Source: Pristiophorus japonicus (taxonomy: Eukaryota). From it: a DNA stretch of 64,000 nucleotides. The notes under the pieces were generated by a model. The model saw only the letters and a list, made by a program, of their open reading frames with translations. It ran no database searches and was not told the DNA's origin. This document shows, one piece after another, positions 12,586 to 25,529 of the stretch. Position 1 is the first letter of the stretch, and each line of letters starts with the position of its first letter. Position numbers and translations under genes: made by a program. Location of the stretch: positions 218,736,001-218,800,000 of the forward strand of contig NC_091983.1 of NCBI RefSeq assembly GCF_044704955.1, written 5' to 3'.

Positions 12586-14751
12586 TGTACCAATGTTCCA
12601 TTTGCGTGGACTTGGCCTTTTTGACGTACTGAGAACTCTGACCTGATCACCCTTCTGAAAGCACCGTTCTTTAATAACGGAATGATAATGTTTCTGCACT
12701 GATTGTGCCTTCTCTACCTTAAGTTCGGTTGCAATAAACTGAGACGTGTCCTCAGTACGCTTCATCAATAATTCTGTTGTAGAATGGGGTGTAGTTCTAT
12801 ATTTGAAAAGACAGTTTGCAAACTGTGCTTCATGCGCACTGATGATCCAGTCTGTAGAACTTGTTTCCGCAAAGCCTCCTAGGCAATCCTGACTGACCTT
12901 TCAGCTGCACCATTCGAAGCAGGATGATATGGTGCTACCAACGTGTGTTTGATATCGTTGTGTCTGGCAAAATTCGCAAATTGCGTGGACCGAAATTGCG
13001 GCCCATTATCTGACACCATTTCTTCGGGCAAAAATATCCCGTAATTCATCCAATGTACGCTCTGTAGTCGTAGATGACCCCCGATGCCGTACTTCCAGCC
13101 ATTTGGAATGGCTATCGATTAGAACCAGAAAATGATCACTGTCCCTCTCGCAAAAATTAATATGTATTCTTTGGAATGGTCTCGTTGGCCAAGTCCATGT
13201 TTACAGCAGCGTTTTAGCTGGCATGGCCCTGCAGACTTGACAGATAGTGCACTTGCTTACTAATACTTCTAAGTTTTTATCCAACCCAGGCCAATAACCA
13301 AAACTTCGGGCCACCGCTTTCATACCTACGATGCCAGTATGCTCAGCGTGAAGTTCCGTCAGGACTTTGGCCCATAGTGCACGAGGAATGACTACTCTCA
13401 GGCCCCATTTTAGATATCCCTGCTCACATGATAATGAAAAGGGTTTTATTCCCTCATCAAAATGCGTCTATTCATCAGACCACCCTCGTAGGGTGTGCTC
13501 ATAGGCCCGCTTTCTGTGTGTGCTCTGCAATAACAGAGGTGGTGACTGGAAAGACCTTATCAACGAAATCTAGAGTAAAGATTGACTGTTCACGGCCAAT
13601 TTCAGAATCTTACTGAGGCAACCTTGAAAGGGCATCCGCCATTGCATTCTGCTTCAATGTACGATACTCGATTCTGTAATCGTGCTGAGACAATAAAGTA
13701 GTCCACCTTTGCATCCTGGAAGCCGCCATAGATGGAATTGCCTTTGGGCCTAGGATAGCTAGTAACGGTTTGTGATCGGTTACTCGCGTGAATTGGCGTC
13801 CCAAGACAAACTGGTGAAACTTTTTAATACCAAATATAATTGCCAAAGCCTCTTTCTCAATCTGGGCATAATTTTGTTCGCTTTTGTTGAGCGTACGCAA
13901 TGCAAAGGCTACTGGTTTTTCCTGTCCATCATTCATAACATGGCTGATCACTCCTCCCACACCATACCCAGAGGCCTCACACGCTAGTCTTAGTTCATGA
14001 GTCACATTATAATGGATGAGAATAGCACTATTGCTCCAGTGTCACTTGCATGTGTCGTATGCATTCTGTTGCTCTTCATTCCATATCCAACGCACCCCTT
14101 TCTTCAATAAATAATGGAGTGGTGTGAGCACCGTTGCTAGTCCAGGAAGGAAACGAGCATAATATTGGACCATGTCTAAAAAGGATCGTAATTCAATAAC
14201 ATTTTTCAGTTCTGGAGCCATGGTGATGGCTTGCACTTTCTCCTTAACTGGTTGGAGACCATTTTCATCTACCCGCAATCCTAGACAAACCATCTCACTG
14301 TATGAATGCACATTTACTCCTCTTCAGCTTCAGATTATGGTCATTGAACCATCTGAACACGTCTAAGATTTCCAGGTTTTCCTTCTCTGTGCTGGTGGCT
14401 ATCAACACATCATCTTGATTACACAAACAATGATTTATTCCCTGTATGATCTGATCCATGGTAGCCTCAAATATCTTTGGTGAGGACTTGATACCATAGG
14501 GCAACTTAGTGTATGAATATAAACCTTTGTGTGTGTTGATTGTCAGATACTGCTGACTATCCTAGTCAATGTGGAGTTGAGCATAGGCGTGGGAGAGATC
14601 TAGTTTTGAGAAGATTTTGGCTCCTGCTGGATCTGCATACAGGTCCTGTGATGTCGGTAAAGACTACAGTTCATCATCAACTGCTCGATTCAGGGTAATT
14701 TTATAATCCCCACGAAGCCGTACTGTTTTGTCTGCCTTCGGAACTGCAACT

Positions 14752-15165
14752 GTGATGGCCAGCGTGCTTTCTTTGATGGGGATGGGGTTGTGCAGGTGGC
14801 CTCAGCCTCTTCCGCAGCCTTGGTGCTTCTGGAGTAGTGGGTGATCTTCTCCTACAATAAAGAAGGGATTGTATTCATGAGAGTCTTCTGAGGTCTTTAA
14901 AGAATGTGCCTATCATGGTCAAATAACTGGAATGCAGTGTGTCGGATGTGAGAAGTAAGAGTTGCAATAGCGGCGAGTATGCGAGTCTGAGGGGAAGGAG
15001 GTGCATTGGTGTGTTCCAGTGATTACAGGGAAGTGAAGTGGGGTGGAGAGTATTGGGAGGCTGGAGGTGTGAGCAGAGAGTAAGAGAGCAGTAAACTTAC
15101 CTTGACAACACTTGTGAGCTCGCTGAACTTTTTGTGGCATTGCAGCCATGGTCTTGGAGCTAGAG
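14752..15165 (-). mobile_element. Harbinger-type Myb/SANT ORF remnant retaining an intron
   Basis: RPWLQCHKKFSELTSVVK|gtaagt (donor near 15100), then ttattgtag|EKITHY (near 14851). This resembles Myb/SANT-like R..QC.KKF.DL...K-EK..HN. Confidence 0.55.
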
Positions 15166-15332
15166 AAAAGAGCAGAGAAAGTGATTCAGAAAGGAGAGCA
15201 GAGAAAGTGACTGAAAGGAGAGCAAAGAAAGTGAGTGAAAGGAGGGAGAGAAAGAGACTGAAAGGAAAGAGAGAAAGTGACTGAAAGGAGAGGAGAGTGA
15301 GTGAGTGAAGGGAGGGCAGAGAAAGTGACTCA
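15165..15332. repeat. GA-rich tandem repeat (agagaaagtgactgaaaggagagc-like)
   Basis: About 6 degenerate units are directly visible. Confidence 0.8.
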
Positions 15333-15411
15333 AAGGATGAAGCTTTGCCCACAAACAACAGAACCTCTTTTTGACATTATCAAACAACGCCGATGCCCTT
15401 TATTTTCACAG

Positions 15412-15505
15412 ATCTGATGAGGCCAGTGAAATGCTTGTTAACGAGAGGGACATCCAAATATATCCCGAGCATTGCATAGAGAACTGCACCTCCTGCGATA
15501 CAAAG
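15412..15505 (+). CDS. TTLL15-like exon C
   Basis: Acceptor tattttcacag|A and donor AAG|gtactt; 94 nt, phase 2/0. AG+A gives Arg, then SDEASEMLVNERDIQIYPEHCIENCTSCDTK. Confidence 0.85.
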
Positions 15506-16203
15506 GTACTTGGACAAGTCACAATAAAAGGTTTGAAATGGCTTCCCCTTGGTTCGCCCTAGTGTGATACAGGAGCCACATTTCCTACAAGTCCCTAGTG
15601 GTGGGGTGCAGCTGCCTTCTACTCGGCACTTCACACTGGTTCAGCAAAGGCCAATAAGTCACTTTGGGGAATAACCAGTCAATGGCACAGTGTGTCGGGG
15701 CTCCTTCATACCTGAAAAACATCCATCATGAAGACTGTGTGTGTGTGTGTGTGAGTGTGTGGGAGGGGAGGGAGGGGGCTAGTGGTGTCAGGGGTGTGTG
15801 GTGGTGAGAGGGTCCCTCTGCAAGTGGAGTGATCTGTCTGCCCCCACAGTAAATGTTTAATCAGGAAAGTTAATGAGGGGAGGGGTGGGGTGAATGCAAC
15901 AGGATTCCTTTCTTGCAGCAGACATGGACTTCAGGTCATGTTATCTCCAAGCATCACCCCGGGTGATAGCAGTGGTTAGTGTGGAGATAGGACCAGCTAC
16001 TGTACTCGTGTTAGTGCTAACCACAGTAATCACTCCAAAAGGTGGTAATTCGGTGGCAGGTCATGATGACCGCTTTCCTGTGCCTGTACCGTACTGGGAG
16101 AGGCGATTGGATTCCACTCCTGGCTCCTGCTGGAAGGAAGGCAGGCATTTCCTGTTGTGGTTTGGAAAGTGCACTAACCTGGTTTTCTTATTTTGTATTG
16201 AAG

Positions 16204-16317
16204 AGATGCAGACTATGCGGACAGTGCCTGTCGACCCGGCTGAAGCCTGCCCTGGAAGAAGCTTTCCTGGAGCATGTGAATCGCGGAAACACCAGACGTG
16301 TGGTTCCTCAGCCGATG
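16204..16317 (+). CDS. TTLL15-like exon D
   Basis: Branch point cactaac, T-rich tract, acceptor ttgaag|AGA and donor ATG|gtaatg; 114 nt, phase 0/0. Encodes RCRLCGQCLSTRLKPALEEAFLEHVNRGNTRRVVPQPM (CxLCxxCL...AFxEHxxRGxxRRxxP). Confidence 0.85.
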
Positions 16318-16350
16318 GTAATGAGCTTGTTCTAATCGATAAAAAACAGA

Positions 16351-17046
16351 GGGGGCGAAATTGCGGACCGCCCCAGTTGGTAACAGCTGCGCCAAAGGCA
16401 GAAGTCCCGCCCCGGCAGCTAAATTGGACTTACCGCCCCGAGAGGAAGTAGAGCGCAAATTCTCGTGCTCTACTTTGTCTCGGGGACAGGACTGAGGCAC
16501 TAACCTTCAGCAATTTTCCAGCACTTCATGCAGAGGCGCATGTCACTGGCAAGAACACAGGGCCCTCCCCTTCCATTAAAGGGAAGGGCACACTGCAGAT
16601 TCTGCATTAGGGAGAAGGGGCCACCACTGGGGAGCGGGGTGCCATGACAGCAGCCCAGAAGCGGAGTGCCGGACCACAACATTGCAGCACGGACCCCGCG
16701 ATTTGAAGAGGGCAAAGCCGCGACCAGTAAGTTGGCCATTTAAAAAAATATCAGCACCGCACCTCTCCTTTAATTTTCGCCCCGCAAGCGGACTAAAGCC
16801 CGCTGTGTACCTCAGGGGCACTGCCAAATTTTCGCCCCGAGGGGAAAATGGGCCGCTGCGGACGTTGATGACGTTGTCATTGCCAGCGCAGCAGCTCGGG
16901 GAACTACCGGCGCTACCGGTTAGCGCCGCCACTAAACTCCCGCGGAATTGCGCTGGAGTCGGTAGCGGCGTCGCGCCTTGGCTGAGAAGTCTTTTGCGTC
17001 CCGGGGGGCACTAACCAGAGGTGCAAACGACCTGAATTTCTGCCCC
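16351..17046. mobile_element. GC-rich MITE (Harbinger-like)
   Basis: Termini gggggcgaaatt ... gaatttctgcccc; internal ttaaaggg motifs are shared with the copies at 21117, 21784 and 40551. Confidence 0.6.
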
Positions 17047-17359
17047 GCACAGTATAAATTCATCTTAGGCGAAGAGAGAAAAAAAGAACCACAGTCACAC
17101 ACAGGAACAGAGTAAAGGCAGAAGCATTTACTGTTGAGAGTGACGATGCCACTTGTACAAAGGTGGTATTACAAAATATAAAACTAAAATAGTTTTGCCT
17201 CAAACAAAACTAGGTGTGCCCACGCTGAGCTGTGGCACCCTGAAGAGGCTGAAAGTGCACCCACAGTGGCAGAGCAGAGAGAGTGGGGAACAAGGAGTAA
17301 CCCAGTGTTGGCGAAGCAGACGGTGACCAGGGGGACGTAAGGCAGAAGGTAGGGTAGGG

Positions 17360-19412
17360 TAGAAACATAGAAATATAGTAAATCGATGCAGGAGTAAGCC
17401 CTTTGAGCCTGCACCACCATTCAATAAGATCATGGCTGATCATGCAACTTCAGTACCCCATTCCTGCTTTCTCTCCATATCCCTTGATCCCTTTAGCCGT
17501 AAGGGGCCACATCTAACTCCCTTTTGAATATATCTAACGAACTGGACTCAACAACTTTCTGTGGTGGCGAATTCCACAGGTTCACAATTCTCTGAGTGAA
17601 GAAGTTTCTCCTCATCTCGGTCCTAAATGGCTTACCCCTTATCCTTAGACTGTGACCCCTGGTTCTGGACTTCCCCAACCTCGGGAACATTCTTCCTGCA
17701 TCTAACCTGTCCAATCCCGTCAGAATTTTATATGTTTCTATGAGATCTCCTCACATCCTTCTAAATTCCAGTGAATATAAGCCTAGTCGATCCAGTCTTT
17801 CTTCATATATTAGTCTTTCAACCGGGGAATCAGTCTGGTGATCCTTCGCTGCACTCCCTCAATAGCAAGGATGTCCTTCCTCAGATTAGGAGACCAAAAC
17901 TGGACACAATATTCAAGGTGTGGCCTCACCAAGGTCCTGTACAACTGCAGTAAGACCTCCCTGCTCCTATACTCAAATCCTCTCGCTATGAAGGCCAACA
18001 TGCCATTTGCCTTCTTCACCACCTGCTGTACCTGCATGCCAACTTTCAATGACTGATGTACCATGACACCCAGGTCTCGTTGCACTTCCCCTTTTACTAA
18101 TCTGTCACCATTCAGGTAATATTCTGCCTTCTTGCTTTTGCCACCAAAGTGGATAACCTCACATTTATCTACATTATACTGCATCTGCCATGCATTTGCC
18201 CACTCACCTAACCTGTCCAAGTCACCCTGCAGCCTCTTAGCATCCTCCTCACAGCTCACACTGACACCCAGCTTAGTGTCATCTGCAAACTTGGAGATAT
18301 TACATTCAATTCCTTCGTCTAAATCATTAATGTATATTATAAATAGCTGGGGTCCCAGCACTGAACCTTGCAATACCCCACTATTCACTGCCTGCCATTC
18401 TGAAAAGGACCCGTTTATTCCTACTCTTTGCTTCCTGTCTGCCAACCAGTTCTCTATCCACGTCAGTACATTACCCCCAATACCATGTGCTTTAATTTTG
18501 CACTCTAATGTCTTGTGTGGGACCTTGTCAAAAACCTTTTGAAAGTCCAAATACACCACATCCACTGGTTCTCCCTTGTCCACTCTACTATAACTCTCAA
18601 AAAATTCTAGAAGATTTGTCAAGCATGATTTCCCTTTCATAAATCCATGCTGACTTGGACCGATCCTGTCACTGCTTTTCAAATGCGCTGTTATTACATC
18701 TTTAATAATTGATTCCAACATTTTCCCCACCACCGATGTCAGGCTAACCAGTCTATAATTCCCTGTTTTCTCTCTCCCTCCTTTTTAAAAAATTGGGGTT
18801 ACATTAGCTGATCCATAGGAACTGATCCAGAGTCTATAGAATGTTGAAAAATGACCACCAATGCATCCATTATTTCTAGGGCCACTTCCTTAAGTACTCT
18901 GGGATGCAGACCATCAGGCCCTGGGGATTTATCGACCTTCAATCCCATCAATTTCCCGAACACAATTTCCTGATTAATAAGGATTTCCTTCAGTTCCTCC
19001 TTCTCGCTAGACCCTTGGTCCCCTAGTATTTCCGGAAGGTTATTTGTGCCTTCCTTAGTGAAGACAGAACAAAGCATTTGTTCAATTGGTCTGCCATTTC
19101 TTTGTTCCCCATTATAAATTCACCTGATTCTGACTGCAAAGGACCTACGTTTGTTTTCACTAATCTTTTTCTCTTCACATATCTATAGAAGCTTTTGCAG
19201 TCAGTTTTTATGTTCCCTGCAAGCTTCCTCTCATACTCTACTTTCCCCCTACTAATTAAACGTTTAGTCCTTCTCTGCTGAATTCTAAATTTCTCCCAGT
19301 CCTCAGGTTTGCTGCTTTTTCTGGCCGATTTATATGCCTCTTCCTTGGATTTAACACTATCCCTAATTTCCCTTGTTAGCCACGGTTGAGCCACCTTCCC
19401 CGTTTTATTTTT
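17360..19412 (-). mobile_element. CR1/HER1 LINE
   Basis: RT ORF 17810..18733 with flanking frameshifted ORFs; 3' tail at about 17360. Confidence 0.93.
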
Positions 19413-19745
19413 ACGCGGGGCGGGGTCGTGGAAGGATTTGAAAGCAACAAAGAGGATCTTGCAGTGGATCCACTGGGACTTGGAGTGCCAGTGGCGCTTA
19501 TCAAGGACAGGTGATGGGAGTGCAGGACTTTGCGTAGAAGAGACACAGGGCCTGGCGTTCTGAAGGGGTTGTAATTTGTGGTGGGGGTAGATGGGGAGGC
19601 CAAACAGGAGAGTAGCAGAAAGATCGAAGCTCGAGATTGTGCTGGGTAGATTAGAGTTTAGGTAGTGGCGGTGGGGGGAGTATAGTGGAGAATAGGTAGA
19701 TGAGGTTGGGAAAGTGAAGGAGAAAATAAAATGAGTGAACAGAAA
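19413..19745 (-). mobile_element. L2/Crack-like LINE fragment (probably continues at 17190-17360)
   Basis: LQPLQNA..HW...I.CKILFVAFKS.H..AP, an L2-type ORF2 C-terminal signature. Confidence 0.55.
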
Positions 19746-19774
19746 CAATTTAGTTCCATAGTCTACAAGCGCTC

Positions 19775-20160
19775 TACTCGGAACTCCTACACGGCAAGCG
19801 TGCCCTAGGTGGGCAGAGGAAACATTTCAAGGACACCCTCAAAGTTTCCTTGATAAAATGCAACATCCCCACTGACACCTGGGCGTCCCTGGTCAAAGAC
19901 CGCCCTAAATGGAGGAAGAGCATCCGGGAGGGCGCTGAGCACCTCGAGTCTCGTCGCCGAGAGCATGCAGAAAGCAAGCGCAGGCAGCGGAAGGAGTGTG
20001 CGGCAAACCAGACTCCCCACCCACCCTTTCCTTCAACCACTGTCTGTCCCACCTGTGACAGAGACTGTAATTCCCGTATTGGACTGTTCAGTCACCTGAG
20101 ATCTCACTTTTAAAGTGGAAGCAAGTCTTCCTCAATTTCGAGGGACTGCGTATGATGATA
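19775..20160 (+). mobile_element. RTE LINE 3' end
   Basis: ORF 19850..20113 has DRPKWR and CPTCDRDC..GLFSH; the tail is gagggactgcgtatgatga. Confidence 0.88.
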
Positions 20161-20831
20161 ATTTCAAATATTCCTTAGCCATTGAGGCTTCCGATTGCAG
20201 TTTATACAGCACTCTTTCTGCCTTATTGATTCACTGAACTGCAGGATTGGCAGTGGGAATTACAGGGTAGCTTTTCAATTTGATCCCAGTGAGTTTTATA
20301 GCCTTTAGGTCCAGCTCCAGTAATTCACCTAAAAGCTTTTAAGTGAGGAGTAGCAGCATGGAGTAGAGTCAGCACTGAATTGCAATCGGATATTTAATGT
20401 CCCATTACAGATGGTCACTGCCTCGTGCTTCCCAGCTGCTGGGAAATTTAACATTTCCATTTTATGTGAATTGTCATATTTACTAAAATGTCAAAATCTT
20501 AATTTTATTTGCACAATTTCCCCAAAAAGTGTAAATTTGCAACAGGTTGCCCACCCTTACTCCTCAGGATCCCTTGACTATGGAGGGCCAGTATCAGCCA
20601 AAGGTCCCACTTCTGATTGGAGGTTTGTGCACTGTGATTGTGTGTTTATAGATACACATCAGATGAGGACAGGATCAGGCTGGATGTCCATTAAAACTAA
20701 TCATCTAATTTGACAAGAGGGATTTGCCGCACGCACAAGGTATTTGTATCAGTACTCCCTGTGGAGCTGCGCCTCAGCAAGAATCAGTGCTCTCGGGAAA
20801 GGAGCAGAGATGAGTGGGAAAATACTGAGGC

Positions 20832-21112
20832 AGTATGAGGGTTTTGATAGAGTAAATGGGGAGAAACTGTTTCCACTGGCAAGAGGGCCAGTCACCAGAG
20901 GACACAGATTTAAGAAAATTGGCAAAAGAACCAGAGGTGAGATGAGAGTTTTTTTTAACGCAGTGAGTTATTATGATCTGGAATGCACTGCCTGAAAGGG
21001 TGGTGGAAGCAGATTCAATATACTGTAATAACTTTTCAGAGAGAATTGGATAAATACTTGAAAACAAAACATTTCTGGGGCTATGGGGAACGAGATGGGA
21101 AGTGGGACAAAT
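20832..21112 (+). mobile_element. CR1 3' fragment
   Basis: GFDRV..EKLFPL..TRGHRFK. Confidence 0.8.
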
Positions 21113-21783
21113 TAAATGGGGCCAAAATTGCCCCTTTCTATAAGAGCTGTGACTGCCTCAAAGAAGGTCGGTAAAGACTCGCTGCCTAGTCGGTGCGGAA
21201 TCGGCGACATTTCATAAATTGCCCTCCATTTTATTTCCAGCGGTGCTTGCCACCGTGCCGCCCATGTTGCCACCCCGTCAGGTACACGCCGACCCCTTTC
21301 CACCCCACTTGGGAAATTGCCCCGCAGGAGTGGATCGGCTGCCGCTCGGTGCCCCCGACAGCTTACCCCGGCGGGATGCTGTGTGTGGCTGGGCGGCGCG
21401 TCCGCCTTAAAGGGCACGCTGTCGTGGCCGCCATTTTATTTTAACTGTCGGCCGACTCCAAGGTCGGCCCGACAATGGCGCCCACAGGTTCGACCGGGCC
21501 TCCAACAGGTAGCCCGGCACCCCCGAAACCCTCACTTGTGACCCAGTTGGCCAAATTAAACTAACTGCATGATTGGGAGAAAAATCTTTAAGATTGTTGA
21601 GTGCGCCCCTTCCTGTCGGAGGGTAATTTTGGCTCCAATAGCTCTTTCAAAGAGCCGGCACAGGCACGGTGGGCAGAATGACCTTCTTCTGTGCTGTATG
21701 ATTGTAAGCAGACAGAAGAGTGGCACATTAGATTTGACCACCAACTTACCTTTGAATTCCCACTCCAGTGTGCCCTGCACCAT

Positions 21784-22515
21784 GGGCTAGAAATTCTGTA
21801 GATCCCCATTTGGGGCGATAACTATTGAAATCTTGGAAAAGTATCGCCAGGCGATAATGATTTTGTGCTCCCACGAAATTTAACTTTAGCGCTCCAAGAG
21901 AGAAGTGGAGTTCTAAATCAAGCTCTAACCACATCTCTTCGGGCACTGAAGTGCGGGAGTGGGGCGATAGTGGCAGAGCGCTGAACAATGATACGCATCA
22001 GAGGCTGCTTCCCTCGCTCAAAGGGAAGGGCCAGTGATGAGCCACAACATACTTCTGCTCAGTTCTGTGTTGCCAGGCGATCTGCGCGACTGCCATTACA
22101 GCCCCAAACACTCTCAGAGAATGGAGGGCTTGGACATCTTGCAACAATGAAGCGTCGAAAACTTTCAGCAGGCACCATATTGGTGCAAAGTTGGCCTACC
22201 TGAAAACCACTGCCTTTAATTAGTGCTCCCCAAGCGGCCAGTCCTCTTCCTGCTGTTGTTGACGCCCAGCAATACAGCAGGGGGAAGGAGACAGTTTCAC
22301 ATCCGGGGTGGTAACGGGCGCTGTGCACTTTATGACGTCATGGTTGGTGAGGTGCTAGAGGCTAAGGCGGTAAGAGTTAGCAGCAGTGCTAAACCAGCAC
22401 TGAAGTTCGCAGGTGTCGCTGAATTCGCCGCACCCGGTTGCTATTCCTTTAGTGCCCCATTACCGCACCGCCCAGGCGATAACGGGAGGCGCAAAGCAGC
22501 CGAATTTCTTCCCCT
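21784..22515. mobile_element. GC-rich MITE (Harbinger-like)
   Basis: Imperfect TIR gggctagaaattc / gaatttcttcccct, flanked by CAT on both sides (3-bp TSD). A related partial copy is at 21117-21560. Confidence 0.6.
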
Positions 22516-22554
22516 CATGTACCATCCCTGACTGAAAGGTCAGGAATGGCGCCC

Positions 22555-23622
22555 AGTTGCTTCGGATTGGTTACCGGACAGTAAACAGAGAGTAGGAATA
22601 AACAGGTCATTTTCGGATTGGCAGAGTGTAACTAGTGGGGTGGCGCAAGGATCGGTGCTTAGGCCTCAGCTATTCACAATATATATCAATGATTAGGGTG
22701 AGAGGCCCAAATGTAATATATCCAAGTTTTCTGATAGGTGGGAATGTAAGTTGTGAGGAGGATGCAAAGAGACTTCAAAGGGATATAGACAAGCTAAGTG
22801 AGTGGGCAACAACATGGCAAATGAAATATAATGTGGTGAAATGTGAAGTTATCAACAATGGTTGGAAAAATAGAAAAGCAGAGTATTTTTTAAACGGTAA
22901 GAGATTGGGAAATGTTGGTGTTCAGAGGGACCTGGGTGACCTTGTACACAAATCACCAAAAGTGAACATGCAGCTACAGCAAGCATGTAAGAAAGACATT
23001 TGGTATGTTGGCCTTTATTACAAGAGGATTTGAGTATAAGAGCAAAGATGCTTTACTGCAATTATATAGAGCCACACCTGGAGTATTGTGTACAGTTTTG
23101 GTCTCCTTACCTAAGGAAGGATGTATTTGCCATAGAGGGAGGGCAACGAAGGTTCACCAGACTGATTCCTGGGATGGGGGGGATTGCCCTATGAGGAGAG
23201 ATTGAGAGACTGGGCCAAATTCTTTAGAGTTTAGAAGAATGAGAGGTGATCTCATTGAAACATTCCAAATTGTTACAGGGCTTGACAGGGTAGATGCAGG
23301 GAGGATGTTTCCTCTGGCTGGGGAGTCTAGAACCAGAGGTCACAGTCTCAGAATAAGGGGTCGCCATTTAGGACTGAGATGAGGAGACATTTTTTCACTC
23401 AGAGGATGGTGAATCTTTGGCATTCTCTACCCCAGAGGGCTGTGGAGGCTGCGTCATTGAGTATATTCAAGACAGTGATGGCTAGATTTTTGAATATGAA
23501 GGGAATCGAGGGATATGGGGATAGTGCAGGAAAGTGAAGTTGAGGTAGAAGATCAGCCATGATCTTATTGAATGGCGGAGCAGGCTCAAGGGCCCGAATG
23601 GCCTACTCCTGCTCCTATTTCT
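22555..23622 (+). mobile_element. CR1 LINE (decayed)
   Basis: ORFs 22635..23033 and 23000..23194 cover the RT and its C-terminus. Confidence 0.88.
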
Positions 23623-24087
23623 TATAGAAACATAGAAAATAGGTGCAGGAGCAGGCCATTCAGCCCTTCTAGCCTGCACCGCCATTCAATGAGTTCATGG
23701 CTGAACATGCAACTTCAGTACCCCATTCCTGCCTTCTCGCCATACCCCTTGATCCCCCGAGTTGTAAGGACTTCATCTAACTCCCTTTTGAATATATTTA
23801 GTGAATTGGCCTCAACTACTTTCTGTGGTAGAGAATTCCACAGGTTCACCACTCTCTGGGTGAAGAAGTTTCTCCTCATCTCGGTCCTAAATGGCTTACC
23901 CCTTATCCTTAGACTGTGACCTCTGGTTCTGGACTTCCCCAACATTGGGAACATTCTTCCTGCATCCAACCTGTCCAAACCCGTCAGAATTTTAAACGTT
24001 TCTATGAGGTCCCCTCTCACTCTTCTGAACTCCAGTGAATACAAGCCCAGTTGATCCAGTCTTTCTTGATAGGTCAGTCCCACCATC
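23623..24087 (-). mobile_element. CR1 3' end, tail-to-tail with the previous copy
   Basis: ORF 23715..24086; tail tagaaacatagaaa. Confidence 0.9.
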
Positions 24088-24870
24088 CGACACCAGTCTC
24101 AGCCACTAGGGGGAGCCCCTGAAAGCTGCATGTCAAACATGTCCAATTTAGCCATGTCACTGTTGGGAGAAGCTGTATGGAGTGCTGAGTTTGCACACTG
24201 ATGCCCAGTCTCCTAATGCCACCCACTGTGTCAGAGGAGAATCCTGATTCTTGGAGACCTTGATGGCACAAGAAGTTATGAGTTCAGCCCTTCCACATCC
24301 TGGACTTCAGTTTGAATCCAGCCCAGACTGATAGTATGGGAGTCATAGAATCATAGAAGTTTACAGCACAGAAGGAGGCCATTCGGCCCATCGTGTCTGT
24401 GCCAGCCGAAGAAGAGCTACCCAACCTAATCCCACTTTCCAACTCTTGGTCCATAGCCTTGTAGGTTACGACACTTCAAGTGCATATCGATATACCTTTT
24501 AAATATGATGAGGGTTTCTGCCTCTACCACCCTTTCAGGCAGCGAGTTCCAGACTCTCTGGGTGAAAATAATTCTCCTTAACTCCCCTTTAATCCTTCTA
24601 CCAATTACTTTCAATCTATGCCCCCTGGTTATTGACTTCTGCTGAGGGAAATAGGTTCTTCCAACCCACTCTACTAGACCCCTCATAATCTTATACACCT
24701 CAATTAAGTCTCCCCTCAGCCTCCACTGTTCCAAAGAAAACAACCCCAGCCTATCCAATCTTCCCGCATAGCTAAAATTCTCCAGTCCTGACAAATTTCT
24801 CGTAAATCTCTTCACCCTCTCTAGTGTAATCTTTCCTGTAATGTGGTGACCAGAACTGTACGCAGTACTC

Positions 24871-25529
24871 ATCATCATCATCATAGGCAGTCCTTCAAAT
24901 CAAGGATGACTTGCTTCCATGTCAAAAGGTTCATGGGTGTTTCAATGACGGACCTAAAATTCCAGGTCCAAACTAAATCTTGAAGGGTGGAAGATGCCTG
25001 TGCGTGGATTTTTTTAACATGTGGTGACCGTTGCACACCAGCCACCACACGGGCTTGACAGAGCTAGCAAGGGTTAACCAAGACGACTGGACACCTGCTC
25101 TGCTGCACGGACCTAGTGCGCACACATATCGCAGTGTGGGCTGATCCGTGCTGTCCCTGGGCCCTCGCCTCTTCTGGGCCCTGAACTTGCGTCTCTCCTG
25201 GGCCCCAATCACGTCCCTCTACAATCTATTGCCGCTCCCGCTGTACCTGTCCACGCTCCAATCACTGGCCTGGACCTTGGTGACGTCACTTTTCACTGCC
25301 GTTGCTCTCCTGTTCCAGCACGTGCTGCTCCCTGGAGTATTATGCTGCCACGCTGCTCCTTCCGCTCTCCGGCCTGCTCCGATGGTGTTCGCAGACCGGG
25401 GGCCGTGCAGACTGCTGGGCTAGGCTGCCACGCTGCTCCGCCCACTCCCCGGCCTGCTCCGATGGTGCTCCGTGGCAGCCTAGTCCAGCAGTCTGCGTGG
25501 CCCGGGGTCTGCGAGCACCATCGGAGCAG
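24871..25529 (-). mobile_element. RTE-derived non-autonomous short element
   Basis: RTE-type tail (tga)n and 9-bp TSD gcagtactc (24862-24870, 25530-25538). Other copies are at 33720-34290 (+) and 45510-46060 (-). Confidence 0.8.

Larger units (their letters stand above)
8520..14750 (-). mobile_element. 5'-truncated Gypsy LTR retrotransposon split by two LINEs
   Basis: 3' LTR 8520-8773 (tgtaatgta...tacattaca) and PPT 8774-8790. The integrase tail is in pieces (about 9396 down, 11148-11212, 12586 up). RNase H is ORF 13610..14005 (CEASGYGVG, TDHKPLL); RT remnants extend to about 14750. Confidence 0.85.

Noticed and set aside
15894-16451. 185-aa ORF, including the alternative exon frame MQTMRTVP
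   Set aside because: It has no recognisable motif and runs into a MITE; the other frame (16204-16317) fits the TTLL15-like protein and splice phases.
19023-19748. 241-aa ORF
   Set aside because: It is a junction of an L2-like fragment and the 5'-truncated CR1, not a gene.
23560-23700. Hairpin resembling a pre-miRNA
   Set aside because: It is explained by two CR1 3' ends joined tail-to-tail.
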